Shown here one piece after another: positions 25,343 to 32,000 of a stretch of 32,000 nt of DNA; the stretch's first letter is position 1; each line of letters starts with the position of its first letter. The translations under genes were made by a program, and so were the position numbers. The stretch covers positions 5,490,001-5,522,000 of the forward strand of contig NZ_CP042911.1 of the NCBI RefSeq assembly GCF_008065095.1, read 5' to 3'. The notes beneath the pieces were generated by a model, which worked only from the letters and a program-made list of their open reading frames with translations, made no database searches and was not told where the DNA came from. The DNA is from Gemmata obscuriglobus. GTDB lineage: Bacteria; Planctomycetota; Planctomycetia; Gemmatales; Gemmataceae.

Positions 25343-27077
25343 AGGTCACGCCACGGTTTGCGCCGTGACATCCTCTGGTTTATGGCAGCATGTATCTCGT
25401 TTGCGGAACGGGCATCCCGGCCGTTCGGTGAAGAACCGTGGGAGCCGGTCGTCTTGGCTGAGCACCGCGGCCCGCAGTTGGAGGATCGATTCGGCACCGT
25501 CGGGACGGTTCCAGTGCTTCTGCGTGCTCTTCACCCGTGCGTTGGCCTCGCCCACCAACGACTCGACCAAACTGCTGGTCGTCGGGAGCCCGTGGCGTCG
25601 GTACCGCGGATAGTCCATGCGATTACGATTATTCCCCAGGTAGCTCCGCGCCTGGGCCACCACCCGGCGCGGGTCCCTTTGCTCCTCGGCCGTCAACGCC
25701 TCGCTCGGTGGGGTTTCGCACAGACGCGCCTGCCACTGGTCCAGTTCCACCAGTACCTCCCCGGCTCGGCCTTGCCAGCACGCCCGCATCCACACCCGGT
25801 ATTGGGACCAACCGGCGCCCTCATCGGCGCTCACCGCCGCGGCCGCGGAGAACACGTAACAGACCGCGTGCAGGAAATCCTCGATCGGCTCGAAGTACCC
25901 GAAGTACCCGCGCCAGATGGTCCAGTTGTACGCTTGACCGTCGGCCACGAACGCGCGCCGCGGGGCCGCATAGAAGCGCCGCTCCTGGGCCTCCGCGGCC
26001 ATCATCAGGCCGAACGAGGCGCTCGTCTCCAGGCTCGCCACGCACGTCCGTACCAACCGCGTCGGGGACCACCGCTCGGCCCCTTCGGGTTCCCCGACCT
26101 GCGACCTCGGGGACGCCGATTCGTCCGGGCTTTCCAGGACCGCGGCCTCGCCCGCCGCGCCCTTCATCTGCTGGACCAGGCGACGTACCCGGCGCGGGCA
26201 GTGGAACGATTCGGGCGGTTCGGGACACGGGTCGGCGGCAAACGTGGGGCCGCTCAACGTGGCCAGGCACGCCACCTTATCCTCCTTGTTCTGGGCGCCG
26301 TGAACACCCGGCCCGGAACCCGCGGCGCGGGTGCGGATGCGCCCCCCATCGACCTCCACCACCACGGCCACGGGGATCACTTCGGTCCGCGGCTCCAACT
26401 GGCGCCGCCGGTGCTCGACCACCTTCCGGTCGCGCCGGGCGATCAACTCGCGGCCCACCCCCGTGAGCCAATCGCCGCACCTGGTTGTCGCTGATCGTGC
26501 CCCCGGTCATCCGCACCGCATCCGCGGCGTCACGGAACGACGAGAACCGGGCGGCGGCGGTGACGATGCGTTGAACGACCGAGGAACTGTACCCGTGCTC
26601 ATCCAGCCCCAGTGTCACCCGCAGGGGGGAAAAAGTCCCGTCGGCAGGCGGGACAATGGGCGATCCGTTCGGGTTGCTGGACCGTGGCCCCTTGGGCCGC
26701 CAGGGTGCGGGTGTGTGGTCGGGTCGGGCACGGCTCGCCACACACCGGACACGGAACCTGTTCGGGCACCTTCTGGGCTTGCTGGCGGAGCATCTGCTGG
26801 AGCGCCCCTTCGGTGAGCCCTTGTGCCGCCGCGGTGGCGATCTGCTCCATCGTTCGGAAGTCCACATCCAACCCCGGCCCGTCCTCCCCGAACGCCCGCT
26901 TGGAAACGATTTTGCCCCACGCCGCCGCCAGTTCCCGGAGTTGGTCCAGTTCCTCGGCCGTGAAACGCGGTGTGCTCATGACTCGCCCCACACAACAGTT
27001 GCGGCGAAATCGACCCGCGCTTTTCCTATCCCAAGGCCCGAGGGACGCAAGGGCCACTGCAAACCGTGGCGTGACCT
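25343..27077 (-). mobile_element. IS (1735 bp) nested in the IS66 element; zinc-finger DDE transposase, family uncertain (ISKra4-related?)
   Basis: 19-bp perfect TIRs: aggtcacgccacggtttgc at 25343-25361, and its reverse complement at 27059-27077. Flanked by an 11-bp direct repeat cggtgctttgg (25332-25342 and 27078-27088). Confidence 0.8.
25346..26979 (-). pseudogene. Transposase of the nested IS, with two frameshifts
   Basis: Three overlapping frames (26599..26979, 26460..26640, 25346..26458) join into one protein. The shifts fall in a tttttcccccc run (~26625-26635) and a ggggg run (~26455-26470). Confidence 0.65.
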
Positions 27078-27088
27078 CGGTGCTTTGG

Positions 27089-28088
27089 CTCCGGTCCAAT
27101 AGGCGTTGACGGCATCGGTGAGGAACGCCAGGACATTACGCTCCTGTCGGCGGCACGAGGCGATGACCGTGAGGATCCGTTCCACGAACCAGCTCCCCTG
27201 CTCGCTGTCGGTCCCGAAGCTCGCTTTCCGCCAGCACACCGCGTGACGCACCTCGCGCTCGGCCGCGTTGTTGGTCGGGTCCACACCGAGGACCCGGCGA
27301 ACGTCCACAGGGACGCCTCGATGGCCAACCGCTCGCGGCATTCCCGGCCGTCTTCGGGCACCCGCACCGGACGCCCTTCTCCAGGTGCGTGCGGACCCGG
27401 GTCCGAAACCCGCGGACGTACACGCATCGGAACGTGGCCCGGGACACGGTGCTGTCCCGAACACGGAACCAATGCTCGAACAGGGTGTCGGAACACCCGA
27501 GCAGGTCGGCTCCGATCCCCGCGCCCCCGTTGGCCCGGTCGATCATGGCCTGGAAGTCCCGCCGCAGGTGTGCCCAACACACCTGCGGCTTGTGCTTCGG
27601 CAGGTGCGTGTACACCGGGTATCGGTCGGTCGTGTGCACCTGGGGCGAACCCGCCCGCAGGTCCTCGAACGTCGTGCCACAGCGGGAACACCGGAGCCGG
27701 TGGCACCGGTACTCGGTCACGTGAGGCGTGACCACGGGGATCTCGTGGACCTGATGAACCGCCGGGTCTGGGTCGTCCCAGGTCAGCGGATGCGCGCAGT
27801 CCCGGCACGTGGCCGGTTGGAGGGTCCGGACCTCATCGGGGGGGCAGGAGTGTGCGTTCGGCCTTGGGGTGTCCGGGTTGGCCGCCCCGACTCTTGCCCG
27901 AAGGTGCCTGGGGACGGGGCCAGTTTTACGTACGGGGCGTCAGACGACGGCGGCTGGGACGAGTTGGTCGAGTTCTGGTTGAGACGGGCCTCGAGTTCCG
28001 CGATCTTGGCTTCGAGGACGCGAATATACGCCACCACCGGCGCGGGCAGGTTATCGGGGAGGTCCGGTGGTTGAGGAACAGGTGTCAT
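27089..28088 (-). pseudogene. IS66-family transposase remnant
   Basis: Pieces in three frames: MTPVPQ...LEAKIAELEARLNQNSTNSSQPPSSD, VTEYRCHRLRCSRCGTT, TTDRYPVYTHLP...VCWAHLRRDF and DPTNNAAEREVRHAVCWRKASFGT. The DETGW catalytic segment is missing. Confidence 0.7.
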
Positions 28089-28260
28089 CGCGTTAGCTCG
28101 ATTACGGAACACCCTTACTTGTGGCAACCGCCCGCTCAACGGAGCAAAATCGCCCTGAAAAACGCGGGGCGGACTCCCCGTGAACGGTTACAGGTTATGA
28201 ATCCGCTCCTCGCAAACTGTTGATGCGCAACCGCATCACTCGTGAGCGATTACCGGTATT

Positions 28261-29619
28261 TTACATTCCCAAATACTGACGCAAGGCGTGGTGCAGTTTA
28301 TCACAGCGATCGTGCCAGTTGCGTTGGTCCTGGGGCGGGTAATCCTTCATCGGTCGGAACGCGGCGACCACACACAGCCGCGGTAGCCCGGGGTCGGGCT
28401 TGTCCATCTGAAGTTCCAGCTCGATCGGCTCTTGCCCGCGCGGCACCGTCGGCCGGCGACCTGCGAACCACCCGAAGATGCCGCTCCCTTCCTTCGCTTC
28501 CTTGTACCCCTCGGGTACGCCCAGGCGCAGTTTGATGACGCCCGGCTCGCTCGCCAGCACCTGCCCGCCGAAATCTTCTACGAACCCGCGCAGCTTCGCC
28601 GCGGCCATCCGCTCGGGCATCATCGCCTCGAACTCGTGCAGCACGTGAAACGGGTCGGCCGGCGACGGCCGCACCCGCGCGGGCGGCGCGGCGACCACGT
28701 CCGCCTCTTCTTCGGCAGCGAGCGGCTCCCAGCCCTCCGGCAGCGTGGCCGCCCAGATGTCCTCACCGGTCGCCTGCCCGAACATTGATGCCAGTTCCTG
28801 CGCCGACTGCTGCCGCTCGTTGGGGTACTTGCTCAGCGCCAGTTGCACCACCGCTTCGAGCGGGGGCGGCAGGTGGCTGCACCCGATCTTGTGGAACCGC
28901 GGCGGCGCGTCCTTGATGTGCGCGGTAAGGAGCTTGTCCTGCGTGTGGTGGTTGAACGGCAGCCGGCCGGTGAGCAACTCGTACAGAATGATGCCCACCG
29001 AGTACAGGTCGCTGCGACCGTCCACACGGTCCCCGCGGATCATCTCCGGGCTGACATAAGCGGGGGTCCCGATCGCGTAAATCGCCCCGTGGCCGGTCAG
29101 CTCGGCAAGCTGAATGTGCGGCTTGGCCGAGAACCCCGCGAACCCGAAGTCCATCACTTTGAGCGACTCGTCCGGCCGGCCGGCGTTGAGCACCATCAGG
29201 TTAGAGGGCTTGAGGTCGCGGTGAACGATGCCCGCGTCGTGCGCCGCCTGGAGCGCGTGGCAGAAGCCGCCGAGCAAACGCCCGACGCGTTCCGGCGACA
29301 GAACGCGTTCCCGCTGAACCAGTTCCTCGAGTGTGATGCCGGGCACGTACTCCATCACGAGGCACGGCCCGATCGGGTCGTCGAGGGACGCCTCGATCAG
29401 TTGCACCGCGTAGGGGTGGTGGAAGTTCGCCATCGAGCGCACTTCGGCCTCGAAGAGCTGGCGGAACTTCGGGTGCGTCACGACGTGGTCGTGGACCCGC
29501 TTCACGACGGCTCGGTGATCGGGGCTGTTGAGCGGCTGCGCCAGGAACACTTCGGCGTTGCTACCGGCTCCGAGTGAGCGCAGGAGCCGGTACTTTCCGA
29601 GCGCCGTCTTGCCGACCAT
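28261..29619 (-). CDS. Serine/threonine protein kinase (452 aa) with an uncharacterised C-terminal domain
   Basis: LGAGSNAEV (Gly loop), HRDLKPSNLMV, DFGFAG and GTPAYVSPE motifs. Confidence 0.9.
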   Translation of the reverse strand: MVGKTALGKYRLLRSLGAGSNAEVFLAQPLNSPDHRAVVKRVHDHVVTHPKFRQLFEAEVRSMANFHHPYAVQLIEASLDDPIGPCLVMEYVPGITLEELVQRERVLSPERVGRLLGGFCHALQAAHDAGIVHRDLKPSNLMVLNAGRPDESLKVMDFGFAGFSAKPHIQLAELTGHGAIYAIGTPAYVSPEMIRGDRVDGRSDLYSVGIILYELLTGRLPFNHHTQDKLLTAHIKDAPPRFHKIGCSHLPPPLEAVVQLALSKYPNERQQSAQELASMFGQATGEDIWAATLPEGWEPLAAEEEADVVAAPPARVRPSPADPFHVLHEFEAMMPERMAAAKLRGFVEDFGGQVLASEPGVIKLRLGVPEGYKEAKEGSGIFGWFAGRRPTVPRGQEPIELELQMDKPDPGLPRLCVVAAFRPMKDYPPQDQRNWHDRCDKLHHALRQYLGM

Positions 29620-29707
29620 CCGCGTGCCCCCGCCGGTCCCGTCCCGCCCGGCGCAAATCTAGGATGCTTCAGTACCGGGAGCAAACCGTTACGCCCGGGG
29701 CCGAATT

Positions 29708-30739
29708 TCACACGGCGACCGGCTCGTACCGGTACTCCACCGCGCTCTCCCAGACCCCGCCCACGGGCAGCACCCGCCACCCGCTGTCGGCCCCCTTCGC
29801 CTGAAGGTTCGAGGCGTCCGCGGAGCACGAATACGGCTCGATCGCGACCGCGTGCCGGTGAGCCGGCGTGAACAGCACCAGGTCGCTGAACGATGCGTCC
29901 GCCAGCACCCGCAGCCGGCCCATCGCGTTCGGGTGCGAGAGGGTCGCCACCTCGGTCAACCCGCTCTGCGGGTCCACCGGCCCGTGCGCGTCGGCGAACA
30001 CGTTGTCCAGCGCCGTCGAGCCGACGGGTCGGGGTGTGCGGAAATCGAGTTCGGGCGGCAACCCGACCTTCCGCCCGGTCGGCAGGTTGTTCTCCGCTTC
30101 CCAAAGTGCGCCCGTGCCAGCCTGAAGCACGTAATCGGAAACGTCGGCGGCGTTGGCACCGGGAAGCACGAAGTACCCGTGATACCCCAACCCGAACGGG
30201 AGCGGCGCGGCCCCGACGTTCTCAACCCGCGCGTCCACGCGGAGCCGATCCGCGTACAGCCGATAGGTGACCTGGAACTCGAAGTCCGACGGCCACCACG
30301 GGAGCGCCTCCGGGAAATCCTTGGCGAGGTTGAACGCGCCGGTCAGCGCGGCGCATGTGTCGCCGCTGTCGTGACTAACGACTCGCCACCGGTTGCGCGG
30401 GGTGAACCCGTGGATCGCGTGCAGTTTGCTCGATTCGTTCAGCGGGAGCTGGTACGTCTTCCCCTCGAAGGTGAACCGGCCGTCCCGCAGGCGCCCGGGG
30501 AACGGGAACAGGATCGGCTGCCCGCTCCGAGTCGGCACCGGGTTGCTCTCCCAATCCGGCATGTGAAACAGGATGTCGGCCCAGTGTCCGTCGGGCTGCC
30601 GCACCTGCCACTTCAGGCAGTTGAACCCCCACTGCGGCCACACCTCGGCGCGAACGGTGCTCGCGGCGTCGGTGAGTTCGTAAATCGTGCCGCTGCGGTC
30701 GCCCGCCTTGCCCTCGGACGCGCGCACTTCAAAAGCCAT
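29708..30739 (-). CDS. Aldose 1-epimerase (galactose mutarotase-like) family protein (343 aa)
   Basis: Size and motifs (LHAIHGF, PFGLGYHGYF) resemble the aldose-epimerase fold. The ATG at 30739 is preferred over the GTG at 30748. Confidence 0.6.
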   Translation of the reverse strand: MAFEVRASEGKAGDRSGTIYELTDAASTVRAEVWPQWGFNCLKWQVRQPDGHWADILFHMPDWESNPVPTRSGQPILFPFPGRLRDGRFTFEGKTYQLPLNESSKLHAIHGFTPRNRWRVVSHDSGDTCAALTGAFNLAKDFPEALPWWPSDFEFQVTYRLYADRLRVDARVENVGAAPLPFGLGYHGYFVLPGANAADVSDYVLQAGTGALWEAENNLPTGRKVGLPPELDFRTPRPVGSTALDNVFADAHGPVDPQSGLTEVATLSHPNAMGRLRVLADASFSDLVLFTPAHRHAVAIEPYSCSADASNLQAKGADSGWRVLPVGGVWESAVEYRYEPVAV

Positions 30740-30822
30740 GACGGACACCTTTTCTGATAATAAGGGGTAATTCGCGCGGGTGATTGTACCTCGAACCCGC
30801 GACCGATTTCACGGAACATCCG

Positions 30823-31875
30823 ATGCCCACCTTCTCCCCGGCGGCACTCACCCAACTCTCGCAAACGCTGTTCGAGGCGGTCGGCGTTCCGACTACCGAC
30901 GCCGCGACCGTGGCTCGCAGCCTCGTGGACGCCAACCTGTGCGGGCACGACTCGCATGGAGTCATGCGCGTCCCGCAGTACCTCGACTTCATCCGCAAAG
31001 GCACCTACAAGGCCGGCGCGCCGCTGACCGTACTCTCCGAAACGCCCGCGGTGGTCGCGGCCGATGCGGGTTGGGGGCTCGGACAGGTTCAAACGTACCG
31101 GCTCCTCGACAAGTTGGTGCCGAAGGCAAAGGCACTCGGGATCGCGGCCGGCACGCTCCGCAACTGCGGACACACGGGGCGACTCGGCGAGTACGCGGAG
31201 TTTGTCGCGAAGGAGAACTTTGCTCTCTTCGCGGCCGTTAACTCGCACGGCTCGGGGCGCCGCGTCGCCCCGCCCGGGGGCACCGAAGGACGCATCAGCA
31301 CCAACCCCATTTGCATGGGCACCCCGACTAGCACCGATCCCGTCGTAATCGACTTCGGCACCAGTTCCGTTGCGGAAGGAAAAGTGCGGGCGCAGTTCCA
31401 AAAGAAGGAGCCCGCCGGCGAGGGCTGGCTGATCGACCACACCGGCCAGCCGACCACCGACCCAAGCGTGCTATACAACGAGCCGCGCGGCGCGCTGCTC
31501 CCGTTCGGCGGCACGCAGGCGTACAAGGGCTTCGGGCTCGGACTGCTGCTCGACCTCCTGTGCGGCGGGCTATCCGGCGGGGCGTGCAGCAACCCGACGT
31601 TCCCGCTGGCGGGCCAAGGCAACGCGGCGGTGTTCGTGCTGTTCAACCCGGCACTGTTCGGCGGCGTCGAGCACTTCTTGAAGGAAACCGACGGACTGAC
31701 GGCATACGTTCGCTCGTGCCCGACGGCGGCCGGCGCCGGCACGATCACACTGCCGGGCGACCCCGAACGCACCGCGAAGGGCAAGCGCACTAAAGACGGC
31801 ATTCCGGTTCCCGATGGCACGTGGGAGCTGATCGCCAAATCGGCAGCGGAACTCAAAGTACCGCTGCCCGCGTAA
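30823..31875 (+). CDS. Ldh_2 family (malate/L-lactate/ureidoglycolate-type) dehydrogenase (350 aa)
   Basis: ANLCGHDSHGVMRVPQYL and FGGTQAYKGFGLGLLLDLL motifs. The ATG at 30823 is preferred over the TTG at 30784. Confidence 0.75.
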   Translation: MPTFSPAALTQLSQTLFEAVGVPTTDAATVARSLVDANLCGHDSHGVMRVPQYLDFIRKGTYKAGAPLTVLSETPAVVAADAGWGLGQVQTYRLLDKLVPKAKALGIAAGTLRNCGHTGRLGEYAEFVAKENFALFAAVNSHGSGRRVAPPGGTEGRISTNPICMGTPTSTDPVVIDFGTSSVAEGKVRAQFQKKEPAGEGWLIDHTGQPTTDPSVLYNEPRGALLPFGGTQAYKGFGLGLLLDLLCGGLSGGACSNPTFPLAGQGNAAVFVLFNPALFGGVEHFLKETDGLTAYVRSCPTAAGAGTITLPGDPERTAKGKRTKDGIPVPDGTWELIAKSAAELKVPLPA

Positions 31876-32000
31876 ACGCAACCTTCACGACACCGCAGAG
31901 GTACGCCGGAGCGAGAATCGCTCCCTAAATCTCGCTCCAGCGCCGGCGGCCGCCAAGGCACAAGTGACTTCACAAAAACACCTTATAGCATAATTCGCGA

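Larger units (their letters stand above)
25239..28253 (-). mobile_element. IS66-family element, decayed (internal deletion, frameshifts, carries a nested IS)
   Basis: ~48-bp imperfect TIRs starting GTAAGCG/GTAATCG (25239-25286 vs reverse complement of 28206-28253, about 40/48). No target duplication seen. Confidence 0.7.

Noticed and set aside
20863-28260. Integron integrase (intI) or any tyrosine recombinase
   Set aside because: No frame in this interval, or elsewhere in the window, shows R..H-x-x-R..Y recombinase motifs. Every sizeable ORF is accounted for by IS transposases.
31908-31924. Hairpin ggagcga-gaa-tcgctcc downstream of the Ldh_2 gene as an intrinsic terminator
   Set aside because: The stem is only 7 bp and no T-tract follows it, so the evidence is insufficient.

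Overview
High-GC (~70%) window, possibly planctomycete-like (a guess from composition and gene content). It has three parts.

(1) 1-20862 is a very large integron-type cassette array read on the minus strand. It contains 45 attC-type hairpins bounded by GCCGAAC...GTTCGGC boxes, and the array continues past the left edge. The cassettes are:
- 15 small coding cassettes: three identical SMI1/KNR4 (SUKH) copies, an EF-Tu-domain-II-like mini-protein, a DUF3592-like membrane protein, a paralogous pair and several hypotheticals.
- 3 copies of a 326-nt ORF-less cassette carrying a different 153-nt palindromic attC-like site.
- 28 paralogous ORF-less cassettes built from ~101-102-nt sub-repeats with conserved GC hairpins. 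This is the most striking feature.

The sense strand of the ORF-less cassettes is almost free of A. All six frames are therefore open, and nearly all long ORFs in the supplied track between 1 and 20.5 kb are artefacts.

(2) 20.9-28.25 kb is a nest of decayed insertion sequences:
- a split IS630-like element;
- two related zinc-finger DDE elements, one flanked by a clean 11-bp target duplication;
- an ISKra4-like element with 24-bp inverted repeats;
- two IS66-family remnants.

The nest sits where intI/attI would be expected. No integron integrase is visible in the window.

(3) 28.26-32 kb holds ordinary chromosomal genes: a Ser/Thr kinase, an aldose-1-epimerase-like gene and an Ldh_2-family dehydrogenase.

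All coordinates were read by eye and may be off by 1-2 nt.
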